In this document: one piece after another, positions 8,908 through 19,766 of the stretch
Layout of the letters: each line of letters begins with the position of its first letter
Position numbering within the stretch: the stretch's first letter is position 1
Assembly: GCA_944386385.1 (NCBI GenBank)
Contig: CALXAV010000009.1
Coordinates: forward strand, 3,615 to 67,614
Direction of reading: 5' to 3'
Source of the DNA: an uncultured Clostridia bacterium
Lineage (GTDB): Bacteria; Bacillota; Clostridia; TANB77; CAG-508
Length of the DNA: 64,000 bases
The notes under the pieces: generated by a model
What the model was told of the DNA's origin: nothing
The model's database searches: none
The model's input: the letters and a program-made list of their open reading frames with translations, nothing else
Made by a program: the position numbers and the translations under genes

Positions 8908-10608
8908 TTACGCTCCTAATTTATAAATATATATATTATTAAAAGTTTTCACTCTTTCATAAGTTACATCAACATTATAGTGTTCTTTAATAAATAAAAC
9001 TATGTGTTTTATATAATTTTGATAATAGTTACCAGACCACGAAACATCTCCATCTATTAAATATACATTTTCTTTTAATAAATCTAAGAATGTACCATTT
9101 AAATCATATCTATCTTTAAAGTCATAATAATTTTGGGTATACATATCCCAACCGCCCATAACTCTTAAGTTTGAGAAAGCTCCTTCTGGTGGCATCTCAT
9201 ATACGGAATATGTTAAATATCTATATTGAAGTGCTGGTACAGTATATAAGTACACATTTTCTTTATGCGAATTTGTATATTCTATTACATCTTTATAATT
9301 ACTATAGTCTTCTAACTGATAATCAAATTTATATAATCCTCCTGCAAATATTACACTTACAACTATTACAAAGATTGACATTGCTTTTAGTGTATTTAGT
9401 TTTTCACTATCTACTTTTTCATTATATTTTGTCAAATATAGAAACATTGCTATTCCCAGAATATACTCTGGTATTACAACTCTATGCATACTCCTATTTA
9501 CTATAATAAAAATGCTATTTACTGCAATCGCTACTAAAAATATAGCTAATATATAACCTCTTTTTTCTTTATTTGTATAAAATGCAACTAAAAAACTTGC
9601 GAAAAATAATACAATAATGTAGTGATAATTGTCTCTTAATTGGTCAATTAAATCATTTACAATGTCCTTTAATTTAAAATCATAATCATAAAGTCCTCCA
9701 TTGTTCATTTTATACTCTACTATTTTCTGTAAATTTTCTTTATTAAAGACATTTTCATCTCCAAAATTAAATGTATAGAACAAATAATGATCATTTTGAG
9801 ACCAGCCTATTTCGTCAAAAAGCTCCTTATTTTCTTCATATGAAACGTAAATATTATCTTGTAAAATAGTTCTTAGTCCATTAAACTCATTATAATTTTT
9901 ATAAATTTCATTGTTATAAAACATATAATTTGAAATGTATATCAAAACAGTTATTATTCCAAACACTAAATAGTTTTTTATTATTTTTACTATTTTTTCT
10001 TTTTCTATTTTTTTTCTTATTAGTAAAATTAGTTCATACACAAAATATAATGCAAAAAACGGAGCTACTATTAACAATGATTGTATTCTTGTCATTATTC
10101 CTATTACATATAATGACAAAAAACAAACTATATATTTTTTTCCATGTTTTTTTTCTTCTATATAGTCCATCATTACAAAAAAAGCCGTTAATATTAAAAG
10201 TACTGCAACAGATGTGTATTGTATCAATTGTAATAATGATGTATAACATACACTTGCAAATATAATATATACAATATAAGAAAATTTATTTTTACTTTTA
10301 TTTACTATTAAAGTTCCCATTATAGTAAAGCATATAAATTGCATTCCAAGCAAAAATATTGTATGCCAATTTATCATAGGCAAAATTCTAAAAAACAAGC
10401 TTAATATAAAACATAAAACTGGATAGATATATACTCCATGAATATTATAAGTTCCATCTAATCCTGAATATAGATTATATATAATAAAATCATCAACTTG
10501 TTCATATTTTATATCAAATATAAGATTTACAATAGCAAATATTAAAACATTAATACCTGCAATACAAATTAACGTTTTATAGTTATTTCTTATCTTTTCT
10601 AAAAACAT
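8908..10608 (-). CDS. Large polytopic membrane protein (566 aa), possibly a glycosyltransferase-C-like enzyme
   Basis: Many TM segments followed by a soluble C-terminal domain. The family assignment is uncertain. Confidence 0.5.
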   Translation of the reverse strand: MFLEKIRNNYKTLICIAGINVLIFAIVNLIFDIKYEQVDDFIIYNLYSGLDGTYNIHGVYIYPVLCFILSLFFRILPMINWHTIFLLGMQFICFTIMGTLIVNKSKNKFSYIVYIIFASVCYTSLLQLIQYTSVAVLLILTAFFVMMDYIEEKKHGKKYIVCFLSLYVIGIMTRIQSLLIVAPFFALYFVYELILLIRKKIEKEKIVKIIKNYLVFGIITVLIYISNYMFYNNEIYKNYNEFNGLRTILQDNIYVSYEENKELFDEIGWSQNDHYLFYTFNFGDENVFNKENLQKIVEYKMNNGGLYDYDFKLKDIVNDLIDQLRDNYHYIIVLFFASFLVAFYTNKEKRGYILAIFLVAIAVNSIFIIVNRSMHRVVIPEYILGIAMFLYLTKYNEKVDSEKLNTLKAMSIFVIVVSVIFAGGLYKFDYQLEDYSNYKDVIEYTNSHKENVYLYTVPALQYRYLTYSVYEMPPEGAFSNLRVMGGWDMYTQNYYDFKDRYDLNGTFLDLLKENVYLIDGDVSWSGNYYQNYIKHIVLFIKEHYNVDVTYERVKTFNNIYIYKLGA

Positions 10609-10624
10609 TGATTTCCCTCTAATC

Positions 10625-11125
10625 CTAAATTATTGCTGATGATATATGAAATACATCACACTTATCCTTTAGCATTTTTACCGCTTCATGTATTACTTTG
10701 TGGTCATCATCTAAAAATATTGCATGGTCATACTCTTTTAGCTTTTCTTGTATTCTTTCTGCTTTTACTCTATTTCTATTTTCATTATTATAATCGCCAG
10801 CTTCTCTATTTATAATTATATAATTATCTTCATTTATAAAATCAGCATGTTTTTTTAACCATTCTTTCTTTTCTTCTACAATTATATAACTTCTTGACAT
10901 AGATAAAATATATAAATCTATATTTTCTATTTTACTTATTTTTCTTAATTCATCAATAATTACTTTTACTGGTTTATTATTTACAAATAATCCTTTTGCT
11001 TCGGTTGTCATTGTTCCCTCTGGATAAATTTTGTATTCCACTATTGTTCCATCCATATCAATAAACATTGCAACCTTTTTATACTTACTACAAATTTCCT
11101 TTACTCTATTATAAAAACTACTCAT
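10625..11125 (-). CDS. HAD-superfamily hydrolase (5'(3')-deoxyribonucleotidase-like)
   Basis: FIDMDGTIVE (DxDGT motif I) and FLDDD motif. Start moved to MSSFYN (RBS GAGAGGAG). Confidence 0.6.
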   Translation of the reverse strand: MSSFYNRVKEICSKYKKVAMFIDMDGTIVEYKIYPEGTMTTEAKGLFVNNKPVKVIIDELRKISKIENIDLYILSMSRSYIIVEEKKEWLKKHADFINEDNYIIINREAGDYNNENRNRVKAERIQEKLKEYDHAIFLDDDHKVIHEAVKMLKDKCDVFHISSAII

Positions 11126-11139
11126 CTTTTTTACTCCTC

Positions 11140-12153
11140 TCACATTCCTAAATATTCATATCCTAAATGCTTATATGCAGGTGGCAATACTTTTCTTCCT
11201 CTTAATGTTCTAGCGATAAAACCTATTTGTATTAAATAAGGCTCATAAACATCTTCTATTGTATCTATTTCTTCACCTACTGTTGCTGCTAATGCTTCTA
11301 TTCCAACTGCTCTACCACCATATTGTACAATCATTGTTTCTAATAATTTTCTGTCTATATCATCTAAACCTAATTCATCTATTTCTAATTTATTTAATGC
11401 ATGTTTTGCAATCTTTAAAGTAATATGTCCATCTCCTAAAACAATTGCATAATCTCTTACTCTTTTTAATAGTCTATTTGCAATTCTAGGTGTTCCTCTT
11501 GACCTCCTTGCAATTTCTACAGCTGCCTCCTCATCAATATTCACATTCAATATTTTACTTGACCTTTTTACTATTGTTGCTAAATCTTCTGGTGAATATA
11601 ATTCTAATCTATGTATAATTCCAAATCTATCACGAAGTGGAGTAGTAAGTGACCCTGCTTTTGTTGTTGCTCCTATAAGTGTAAATTTGGGCAAATCCAA
11701 TCTAATAGATTTACTACTTGGTCCTTTTCCAATTACTATATCTAATGTAAAATCCTCTAATGCTGGATATAATATTTCTTCTACACTTTTACTCAATCTA
11801 TGAATCTCATCTATAAATAAAACATCAAACTCAGATAAATTTGTAAGTAATGCTGCTAAATCTCCAGGTTTTTCAATAGCTGGACCTGATGTAACTTTTA
11901 AATTTGACCCCATTTCATTTGCAATAATATTAGCTAAAGTTGTTTTACCAAGACCAGGAGGTCCATATAATAAGCAATGGTCTAATGGTTCATTTCTTTT
12001 TTTAGCTGATTCAATATATATCTTCATATTTTCTTTTACTTTATCTTGTCCAATATATTCATCTAATGTCTTAGGTCTTAATGAGTTCTCAAGTCTTTCC
12101 TCTGTACTATTTTCCAGCATAGGACTAATTATTCTTTCTTCTTCCATCGCCAT
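11140..12153 (-). CDS. ruvB: Holliday junction branch migration helicase RuvB
   Basis: [43 protein letters not shown]. Confidence 0.95.
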   Translation of the reverse strand: MAMEEERIISPMLENSTEERLENSLRPKTLDEYIGQDKVKENMKIYIESAKKRNEPLDHCLLYGPPGLGKTTLANIIANEMGSNLKVTSGPAIEKPGDLAALLTNLSEFDVLFIDEIHRLSKSVEEILYPALEDFTLDIVIGKGPSSKSIRLDLPKFTLIGATTKAGSLTTPLRDRFGIIHRLELYSPEDLATIVKRSSKILNVNIDEEAAVEIARRSRGTPRIANRLLKRVRDYAIVLGDGHITLKIAKHALNKLEIDELGLDDIDRKLLETMIVQYGGRAVGIEALAATVGEEIDTIEDVYEPYLIQIGFIARTLRGRKVLPPAYKHLGYEYLGM

Positions 12154-12205
12154 TTCCTTTCTATATTCTCAATGCTGTTTTTTGACCCCGTCCTAAAAAA
12201 CAGCT

Positions 12206-14131
12206 TTATTTTAATAAATTATTTATACTGATTGAAGTTGATATAGCTAATTCTTCTTTCATATCATTATAATATTCATCTAACAATTCTTTTTCATCTT
12301 CTGGAATTTCTTCTAAGTTCACTTCTGTTCCATCAATTCTTCTAAACCATTTTTCATCATAATAATATCTACTAGTTACAATTCTTTCGTTATTTAAAGA
12401 AATAAAATCTTTTCTAGCAAACATATTTGTTCCAAGACTTACTCCTGCTTTGCCATTTATTAAATACTCAAATGTAGGTTTTATATCTAATTTATTCACT
12501 GGTTTTTCAATAGTTAAATTTTCCATACCCGGTATTTTCATGCTACCTACTACTCTTATATAATTCAATTTAATATCTACATCAGTCATATTAGGATTTA
12601 TCTGTTCTAAAAAATCTAACATTTCTTCATTATACATATCAATTCCATTATGGTCACCATATATTAAAATAATTGTATCATCATATAAATCAGCTTCTTT
12701 TAGTTCTTCTATAAATGTTCCAAAAGCATAGTCTGCATAATTAACAGATTCTAAATAATTTCCAAAGAAAGTATCTTTATATTTTCCAACATCAATACTC
12801 ACTTTACTTATATCTTCTAATCCATCTAATGTAAATCCTGTATGTGATGATGCTGATACTATAAATGAGAAAAATGGCATATTATATGTTTTCATTTTTT
12901 CTACTGCTTGTTTATATAATAATTCATCAGATAAATATCCCATTACATTTTCTGATATATCTTCAAAAGAATCTTTTAATTCTAAATAATCTACTCCAAA
13001 AGCTCTATACACATTACCTCTATTCCAAAAGTATCCATAATTTCCATGCATATATGAAGTATCATAACCTTCGTTTTTAAACATAGTAAATATGTCATCA
13101 TATTTATTTGAATAATATCTACTATATGACATACCATTTTCCATAGGATATAAAGATGTTACTGCTGAAAATTCTGAATCTGCCGTTGTTGAATAACTTT
13201 GCATAAACATATTGGAAAATTCTATGTTTTCTTCTAAAAATCTATTTAGATTTGGAGTTATTTCTTTTCCATTTATTGTTTTGTTTATTACAAATTCTTG
13301 AATTGATTCTAATTGTAAAATTATAACGTTCTTACCTTTTGCAATTCCTTCTAAATTATAATTACTTTCTCCATATCTTTCTTCATATTTATCTTTTAAT
13401 TCTTCATAATCAGAAAGTAATTCTTCTTTATTATCATATTTTGCACTTTTCTTTATATTAATTAAACTTTCAATATCTGATATATGATATCCATAAATTG
13501 TTCCCTTTTTTACTTGTGTATCTTTGTTATATGGGTCCTCCCCTGCCTTTTCCACATATTTAGCATCTACTGTAAAAAATAGAATAACAGCAGCTACTCC
13601 AGATAATACTCTTAATGTATTTATCTTCCAGTTTGCTTTATTTTTCTTTTTTATTTTCAATATTTTTGTTAATAACAATATTACAATTAAAATTATATCA
13701 ATAAAATACACTATTTGGTTGAATTCTAAAAGCATAGGAATAGTTCCCATTATTTCTTCTCCATATTGGAGATTTGTCATTTGAGCAATTGATAGTACTG
13801 AACTTGAATATATATAATACAAATTATCTGCAAAAAGCAAAATACTAAGTAATACTCCTACTATAATTGTGGCCACAGTTCTAGCTCTATTGGGTAATAC
13901 AAATAATATACATATTAACGTTATTAAAAATGCAGATGTTCCTATAATAAGATTTTTATCTATGGCTTCTCTTATTGTTATAGTATTTTCATAAAAGAAT
14001 ACTGTTTTTAGTAATAATATAATTCCAATAACTATCGGAAACCATATGGAATTAAAAAATTTATTTAATATCTCTATAATTCTTTCTTTATTTACTTTTT
14101 CTTCTTTATTTACTATTTCTTTATTTTCCAA
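12206..14131 (-). CDS. LTA synthase family protein (sulfatase-domain phosphoglycerol transferase)
   Basis: Five N-terminal TM segments plus an extracellular sulfatase domain (LQLESIQEF, GDHNG). Confidence 0.75.
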   Translation of the reverse strand: MENKEIVNKEEKVNKERIIEILNKFFNSIWFPIVIGIILLLKTVFFYENTITIREAIDKNLIIGTSAFLITLICILFVLPNRARTVATIIVGVLLSILLFADNLYYIYSSSVLSIAQMTNLQYGEEIMGTIPMLLEFNQIVYFIDIILIVILLLTKILKIKKKNKANWKINTLRVLSGVAAVILFFTVDAKYVEKAGEDPYNKDTQVKKGTIYGYHISDIESLINIKKSAKYDNKEELLSDYEELKDKYEERYGESNYNLEGIAKGKNVIILQLESIQEFVINKTINGKEITPNLNRFLEENIEFSNMFMQSYSTTADSEFSAVTSLYPMENGMSYSRYYSNKYDDIFTMFKNEGYDTSYMHGNYGYFWNRGNVYRAFGVDYLELKDSFEDISENVMGYLSDELLYKQAVEKMKTYNMPFFSFIVSASSHTGFTLDGLEDISKVSIDVGKYKDTFFGNYLESVNYADYAFGTFIEELKEADLYDDTIILIYGDHNGIDMYNEEMLDFLEQINPNMTDVDIKLNYIRVVGSMKIPGMENLTIEKPVNKLDIKPTFEYLINGKAGVSLGTNMFARKDFISLNNERIVTSRYYYDEKWFRRIDGTEVNLEEIPEDEKELLDEYYNDMKEELAISTSISINNLLK

Positions 14132-14149
14132 TTTGTTTCTTCCTTATCT

Positions 14150-14632
14150 CTATTTTATGTTATCAATAAAGTTCTCTATTATTGATAACATTTTTTTATT
14201 ATTCCCCTCATATTTCTTAGGTTCAAATTCTTTAAGCTTACAAATTGCTTCTTCCAATTCTGTCACGTCATTAATTCCTATTATATAACCTTCTTTATCA
14301 AAAGACTCTACTATTTGTTTTTGATGGTCATTTACATGTTCGCCATATTCATGAAGTCTTGGTACTGCAATTACTTTTTTTCCTTTTTTCAAAGAACCAA
14401 TTATTGAACCTACTCCTCCGTGAGTTATTATTAAATCTGCTTCATCTTGATACTTTTCTAGCTTTTCTTGTGGCATTAATCCAAATATTTCCATATTAGT
14501 TGAAGAATATTTAGTATATCCTGCCTGTACTACTACTTTTTCATTTATTACTTTCTTTTCTACTAATTTATCTATTTCTTCTAATAATCTATGGAAACTA
14601 TTATTTTGAGTTCCTAACATTACTAATATCAT
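14150..14632 (-). CDS. PssE/Cps14G-type glycosyltransferase subunit (Alg13-like, GT28 C-terminal domain)
   Basis: ITHGGVGSIIGSLKKGKKVIAVPR motif; 160 aa. Confidence 0.7.
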   Translation of the reverse strand: MILVMLGTQNNSFHRLLEEIDKLVEKKVINEKVVVQAGYTKYSSTNMEIFGLMPQEKLEKYQDEADLIITHGGVGSIIGSLKKGKKVIAVPRLHEYGEHVNDHQKQIVESFDKEGYIIGINDVTELEEAICKLKEFEPKKYEGNNKKMLSIIENFIDNIK

Positions 14633-15105
14633 TTATAAATTGAACCTCCATATACAGCCTTCGGATAAACTTTAAGCATTTCCTCCCATTGTACTATAAA
14701 TAAATCTGCTATTGGATATATTAATCTTCCTGTTGCTGTTTTCTTGTTTCTATTTGCAAATGTTTCTATATATATTACTTTACTTCCAAATATCTTTCCT
14801 AAAATGCACATTGGACCTGCTGTATGTGTCCCTGTTGTTATAATAACTTTTGGTCTTAATTTAAAATAATAATATACTGTTTTTAGACATAAATAAAAAT
14901 ATTTAAAAATATAACTAAATAATTTACTTCTCGTACCATATGGTAAAAAATCTATTTTATCTCCATATTTTTCTTTTAAAGTTTCATTTGCTTCATCTTT
15001 TTCTGTTATTATATGATAATCATATTTTTCAAATAAAGGAGATAATTGTAACATTTCACTTAAATGTCCTCCTGTACTTGATATGAATAATACTTTTTTC
15101 TTCAT
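14629..15105 (-). CDS. PssD/Cps14F-type glycosyltransferase subunit (Alg14-like)
   Basis: SSTGGHLSEM motif; overlaps the partner gene by 4 nt. Start at the ATG after AAGGTG (the track start is a GTG inside the RBS). Confidence 0.7.
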   Translation of the reverse strand: MKKKVLFISSTGGHLSEMLQLSPLFEKYDYHIITEKDEANETLKEKYGDKIDFLPYGTRSKLFSYIFKYFYLCLKTVYYYFKLRPKVIITTGTHTAGPMCILGKIFGSKVIYIETFANRNKKTATGRLIYPIADLFIVQWEEMLKVYPKAVYGGSIYK

Positions 15106-15287
15106 AGCATACACCTTACTTTTTAATATCCTTATTATATCTTTTTTTTACATTTATGTCTAGTAAAGATTTAAAATATCTTTTTCATATGTAAATAATA
15201 ATACTAAATGTGAAATCATTTTATCACCCATGTTTTAAATTATAAAAATCAAACAAGTTTTAAATCAAAAAATATTTTTACACATAG

Positions 15288-15324
15288 ATAAGCCAGCAAG
15301 CATGAAAAATACTTGCTGGCTTAT
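15288..15324 (-). terminator. Stem-loop downstream of GC-rich orphan 1
   Basis: ATAAGCCAGCAAG / CTTGCTGGCTTAT: perfect 13-bp stem, 11-nt loop, about 30 nt after the stop. Confidence 0.6.
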
Positions 15325-15356
15325 CCTAAAAAGGCTTAGTTTGAGAAGAAGCACCT

Positions 15357-15770
15357 CTACCAATCAGCCATAATATGGTTCGGCTTTTCCTTCTGTGTCC
15401 TGCGTTGCTCCTCGGCCACTTGTACTATTTCCGAGTCGCTCCAGCAAGAAACTGCACCATCGAAGAGGAAAGCATACACTGCGAAGTGATGATTCCACAA
15501 GTTATCTACTTCGTAGATGCCTTCGATTTGCACCTTCATCTCTGGGCTACCGCAAGGCCAAGCGACCTTGATTGGGCCATGCCGATAGTCGACTTCGAGC
15601 TGTAGCTCATTGCCGTCATGCCTGGACGTCTCCTTGATGCGGAATCGATTGCCCGCAAAGTGGAGGCATACAGGAATGACTCCGTCCATGGTCTTGTGGT
15701 TTGATAGAAAGATCCTCACTCCCTTCTTCTCTCGAATCGCCTTTTCAATTACTTGCATTGCCGTGGACAT
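15357..15770 (-). CDS. Orphan protein 1 (137 aa) of foreign, GC-rich composition
   Basis: ORF with SD AAGGAAGGAGG. Hand count of 15361-15420 gives 31/60 GC. No recognisable family. Confidence 0.65.
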   Translation of the reverse strand: MSTAMQVIEKAIREKKGVRIFLSNHKTMDGVIPVCLHFAGNRFRIKETSRHDGNELQLEVDYRHGPIKVAWPCGSPEMKVQIEGIYEVDNLWNHHFAVYAFLFDGAVSCWSDSEIVQVAEEQRRTQKEKPNHIMADW

Positions 15771-15787
15771 TTGTCCTCCTTCCTTGC

Positions 15788-15817
15788 AGTATAAACTGCA
15801 AACGACAAAACTGACAA
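15788..15817 (-). promoter_or_regulatory. Putative sigma-A promoter for orphan 1
   Basis: Minus strand TTGTCA, 18 nt, TATACT, about 20 nt upstream of the SD. Confidence 0.45.
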
Positions 15818-15866
15818 TGTAATTTAATTATAACATTATTTTCCATAAATTTCAATTAAATGTATA

Positions 15867-15890
15867 AAGACCACCTAATTTGGTGGTCTT
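15867..15890 (-). terminator. xerD terminator
   Basis: AAGACCACC / GGTGGTCTT stem followed by a T-rich run on the minus strand. Confidence 0.7.
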
Positions 15891-15894
15891 AATC

Positions 15895-16776
15895 CTAAGC
15901 TCTTGGATGAGCTTTTTTATAAATATCTTTTAATCCTCCATCTTGGAATTGCATATATACTTGTGTTGAAGATATATCTGAATGTCCAAGCATTGTTTGT
16001 ATTGCTTTTAAATCTGCTCCATTTTGTAAAAGATGTGTTGCAAATGAATGTCTTAGAACATGTGGTGTTATATCTTTTGTTATATGAGCTTGTTCTTTAT
16101 AATATTTGATAATTTTCCAAAATCCTTGTCTTGTTAATCTTCCTCCATTAACATTAACAAATAATGCTTTTTGATTTTCATCTTTTATTAATATATCTCT
16201 TGCATCTTCTATATATTCTTTTAACGCATTTAAAGCCATTGTTCCAAGTGGTATTGTTCTTTGTTTATTTCCATTAGTACAAGTTACATAACCTTCCTCT
16301 AAGTTTACATCATCAATATCTAACGAAATGATTTCTGTAACTCTCATACCTGTTGCATAAGCAAATTCTAACATTGCTTTATCACGAGTTCCTTTTAAAT
16401 CAACATCTTTTGGTTGGTCTAATAATAATTCAACTTCCTTTGATGTCAATACACTTGGTACTCTTTTCTCTATTTTAGGTGATTTTACATTTGCTGTTGG
16501 GTCTCTCTTTACTTTTTTTCTTTTTAGTGCAAATTGATAAAATGATCTTATTGATGCAATTGCTCTAGATATACTAGATGCTTTTTTACCATTTTCTTGT
16601 AATTCTTTTATATATAAATTAATATCATCTTCACTTACTTTATTATAATGAAGACTATATGACTCCAAAAATCTTCTAAATTGTTTTAAGTCTCTCTTAT
16701 ATGATTGCAATGTATTGTCTGATAATTTCTTTTCATTTTCTAAAAATTCGAAAAAAAGTTTTAATTGTCTCTCCAT
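15895..16776 (-). CDS. xerD: Tyrosine recombinase XerD
   Basis: LSDNTLQSYKRDL, ATGMRVTE, HVLRHSFATHLL, LGHSDISSTQVY. Lies next to spoIIM, as in Bacillus. Confidence 0.8.
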   Translation of the reverse strand: MERQLKLFFEFLENEKKLSDNTLQSYKRDLKQFRRFLESYSLHYNKVSEDDINLYIKELQENGKKASSISRAIASIRSFYQFALKRKKVKRDPTANVKSPKIEKRVPSVLTSKEVELLLDQPKDVDLKGTRDKAMLEFAYATGMRVTEIISLDIDDVNLEEGYVTCTNGNKQRTIPLGTMALNALKEYIEDARDILIKDENQKALFVNVNGGRLTRQGFWKIIKYYKEQAHITKDITPHVLRHSFATHLLQNGADLKAIQTMLGHSDISSTQVYMQFQDGGLKDIYKKAHPRA

Positions 16777-16882
16777 TCTCTATCTACCCCTAATCTTTAT
16801 TAATCTATTTACATAAACTATATATGTTATATCAAACAATTAAAAAAATGTAAATACATTTTTCTATATTTTTACATATTTT

Positions 16883-17518
16883 TTAGAAATATTTAATAAC
16901 AAGTTTCAAAATATTCGTAGAAATAAATACTTCTATTAACGAAGCCACTATCATAACTATTAGCATAATTAATGAAAAAATTGTATGTCTTACTATTTCT
17001 AATTTTATGTTTTCTTTTGCACTATTCTTTACAATTGATTTATATAATTTAAATCCACTTACTGCAATAGCTAAGATTGCTGGTATTAACAATAAACTTG
17101 GTAATAATAAATTAATTAATACAAATATTAACCCTTTAGACATCCCCATAATTGTAACACAAACTGATATAGTATATCCAAAACAAAAACCTCTATAAAT
17201 CATTATTCCAAAAACAACAGGTATTCCTATAACAGTAGTTCCAAAAAACCATATTATAAATGCAAGAATTACATTCTGCATTACACTTGTTTTTAATAAG
17301 CTAATATTATCTAAACTTTCAGTCTGTTTCATTTTTTCTATAAAGTTGTTCAAATATTCTTGTACTTCTGTTTTTTGACTATCGCCTAAATTATTTACAA
17401 AAAAGACTCCTAAAAATATTCCAATTATAAATAACAATGTTACAATTATATATTCTTTTTTATTATTTAGTATATGTTGTTTTATTGTTTTCTTAATTCT
17501 TAGACCTTTTTCCTTCAT
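16883..17518 (-). CDS. spoIIM: Stage II sporulation protein M
   Basis: 211-aa polytopic protein with SpoIIM-like topology, adjacent to xerD. Confidence 0.65.
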   Translation of the reverse strand: MKEKGLRIKKTIKQHILNNKKEYIIVTLLFIIGIFLGVFFVNNLGDSQKTEVQEYLNNFIEKMKQTESLDNISLLKTSVMQNVILAFIIWFFGTTVIGIPVVFGIMIYRGFCFGYTISVCVTIMGMSKGLIFVLINLLLPSLLLIPAILAIAVSGFKLYKSIVKNSAKENIKLEIVRHTIFSLIMLIVMIVASLIEVFISTNILKLVIKYF

Positions 17519-17579
17519 AAAAAATCTCCTTATCGTTTATACATAATGTGTATTCGATAAAGAGATTTTTAGAACTTTT

Positions 17580-18779
17580 TTATTTATTTTTTACAGAAAC
17601 TTTTCCGTAGTTTCCTCCTCCACCTGAGTGTACTTCGCAATTTCCATTTCTTGCATTTTCTATATTATTCGCAATCTTACTTCCTACAACTGCTTCTATA
17701 TCATCTTTTGATAATTTGTGTAATATATTCATCTCTGTTTCAAAAGCATCTAATAATTTTTGAACAGTTTTCCCGCCAACTCCCGGAATAAATCCTAGTG
17801 GTATTTGATAAATATAAGGTGGTCTGTTTTCTGGACTTTTTGTTTCTTTTTTATCTTTTATTAATTCTATTCTATCAAAAACTCCAAAAGTAACATTTTT
17901 CCCACCACAATAAGGACATTTATCTACAGGTTCTTTTGTTTCTATTGATTTATTACAATCATCACAATATGTCCTATGATATTTTCCAAGTTTTGGGTCT
18001 AATCCGTAGTTTGCTAAAATTTTTCTACCGTCTTCATTTTTCAAAGCTTTTACTATTTCTTTAAAAGATATATCTTCTACTTGCATTTTATTATATTCTC
18101 TTGCAATCTTTGGAAGAGAATGTGCATCTGAATTTGTTAAAAATGTTCTTGTCTCTAATTCTGATATTTCATCTGCTAAAAATGTATCTGAACTTAATCC
18201 TAATTCTACTGCAAATATTTTTTCAAATTTTTCTTTAAATACATATTCTAATCTATCTGTACAATTTCCATAATAGCTCTTATATGGTGTAAATATATGT
18301 GCTGGAACTAATATTCCATTATATCTTTCTACTATATCTATTAAATCATATCCTGATAAATCTGTCCTTTGTGTGCTTAATGTTATATTTTTTAGATGTG
18401 TACTTAATTCTTTTGAAAATCCTTTTATATCACTTAAATGCGGAAAATAACATAAATTATGTGCTGCGCCTGACTTTCCACTTCTTCCTTTTTCAGAAGT
18501 TTCTACTTCACTTCCAAGAATTATACATACTTTATCTTTATATATAATTCCGCCATCTTCTAGTTCATAAGCCTCACCCGTCTTCAAAAAATTCTCTATA
18601 TCTTCTATTACATATGGTGATGCACAATCTATAATTCCTACAACATTTATCCCTTTTCTTTCTGCACATTCTTTTGCAATGTTTGCAAAATTAAGTGACC
18701 TTGCTGCTGTTATTTTTATTGGTTTTCCACTTTCGCTTCTTCCTATGTGTACATGTAAATCTGCAAATATTTCGTACAT
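17580..18779 (-). CDS. Endonuclease Q-like PHP-domain protein (TIGR00375 family)
   Basis: ADLHVHIGRS N-terminus plus the CDDC..CPYCGG zinc motif and a C-terminal helix-hairpin-helix-like region. Confidence 0.55.
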   Translation of the reverse strand: MYEIFADLHVHIGRSESGKPIKITAARSLNFANIAKECAERKGINVVGIIDCASPYVIEDIENFLKTGEAYELEDGGIIYKDKVCIILGSEVETSEKGRSGKSGAAHNLCYFPHLSDIKGFSKELSTHLKNITLSTQRTDLSGYDLIDIVERYNGILVPAHIFTPYKSYYGNCTDRLEYVFKEKFEKIFAVELGLSSDTFLADEISELETRTFLTNSDAHSLPKIAREYNKMQVEDISFKEIVKALKNEDGRKILANYGLDPKLGKYHRTYCDDCNKSIETKEPVDKCPYCGGKNVTFGVFDRIELIKDKKETKSPENRPPYIYQIPLGFIPGVGGKTVQKLLDAFETEMNILHKLSKDDIEAVVGSKIANNIENARNGNCEVHSGGGGNYGKVSVKNK

Positions 18780-18782
18780 TTT

Positions 18783-19580
18783 CTACTCCTCTACTTTTTC
18801 TCCTACTCCTTCTCCTAAATGATTCATTATTTTCTTTGCTGTTTCTTCACTAAATAACGGTCTATTAGGATTTTCTAGATTATTAAACATCTCTTTAGAT
18901 ATTTTTTCTTTTTGTTTTTCTACTAATTTATCAATTTTTGGTTCATAACTATATACTACTTCTTTTATAAAACTAATTACATCATCTGTTTCATTATGTA
19001 TTTTTACTAATCTTTTTATAGCTGTCATATTTACTAATTCACTTACATTTATCTGTTCCATAAATTTTACAAAATCAATAAATGTTTCCATATAGCGATT
19101 ATATTTATCTTTTAAATTTCTATATTCTAAAAGTACTAATGCTTCATCTGGTTTGAATCCAATTCTTTCTGGTCTATCTAAAAGCATTCCACCAAATTGA
19201 TCAACTAATTCTAATATATCGCTTTCTCTTTCTCTTGGATTGCTATTACTATATCTATTTACTTCTTCACATATTTTGCAAAATCTTTTATTAAATCCTA
19301 TTGTAGATAAATACTCTGCGCCTCTTTTCGCATAGTTATGAATGCTTTCAATGTCTTGGGCATTGTCAATCTTTTTTACATTGCAAAGTAAGCTTGCTGT
19401 TAATACTAAGTTTGAATCAACTTCGATTTTTGAATAGTTTAAAAACAATCTCACTAATTCTGTTTTAAAAATAACAGATTTATCAAAAAATATTTTATTT
19501 CTTTTTGCTAAGTAATATACAATTTCCATTTTAGAAGCTAAATCTTTTTCTTCTAATATGTATTCTGCAAAAGTATCCAT
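18783..19580 (-). CDS. Hypothetical protein (265 aa)
   Basis: ORF. Start moved to MDTFAEY after RBS AAGGGGGA. Confidence 0.5.
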   Translation of the reverse strand: MDTFAEYILEEKDLASKMEIVYYLAKRNKIFFDKSVIFKTELVRLFLNYSKIEVDSNLVLTASLLCNVKKIDNAQDIESIHNYAKRGAEYLSTIGFNKRFCKICEEVNRYSNSNPRERESDILELVDQFGGMLLDRPERIGFKPDEALVLLEYRNLKDKYNRYMETFIDFVKFMEQINVSELVNMTAIKRLVKIHNETDDVISFIKEVVYSYEPKIDKLVEKQKEKISKEMFNNLENPNRPLFSEETAKKIMNHLGEGVGEKVEE

Positions 19581-19698
19581 ATAAATCCCCCTTAGGAAAA
19601 ATTCTCTTTCGTCCAATATCATACACTTTTATTATACTTAAATAGACAAAATATTTCAATCTTTTTTCTTAATGTAATAAAAATGTAATATTAAACAT

Positions 19699-19739
19699 AG
19701 CGAAAGCCACACAAATCCAATAATTGTGCGGCCTTCGCT
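19699..19739 (-). terminator. Stem-loop downstream of GC-rich orphan 2
   Basis: 16-bp stem. The two mismatches on the plus strand become G-U pairs in the minus-strand RNA, which supports minus-strand function. Confidence 0.55.
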
Positions 19740-19766
19740 TTCCTACTTATGATCGTTATTTCGATT

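Noticed and set aside
10034-10249. 71-aa minus-strand ORF inside the 566-aa membrane protein gene
   Set aside because: It is an alternative frame of a longer, coherent ORF.
15121-15287. Direct repeats or target-site duplications flanking the GC-rich cassettes
   Set aside because: Only short AT-rich matches (8 nt or less, such as AATTATAA) were found between the left and right flanks. These are not significant in this composition.
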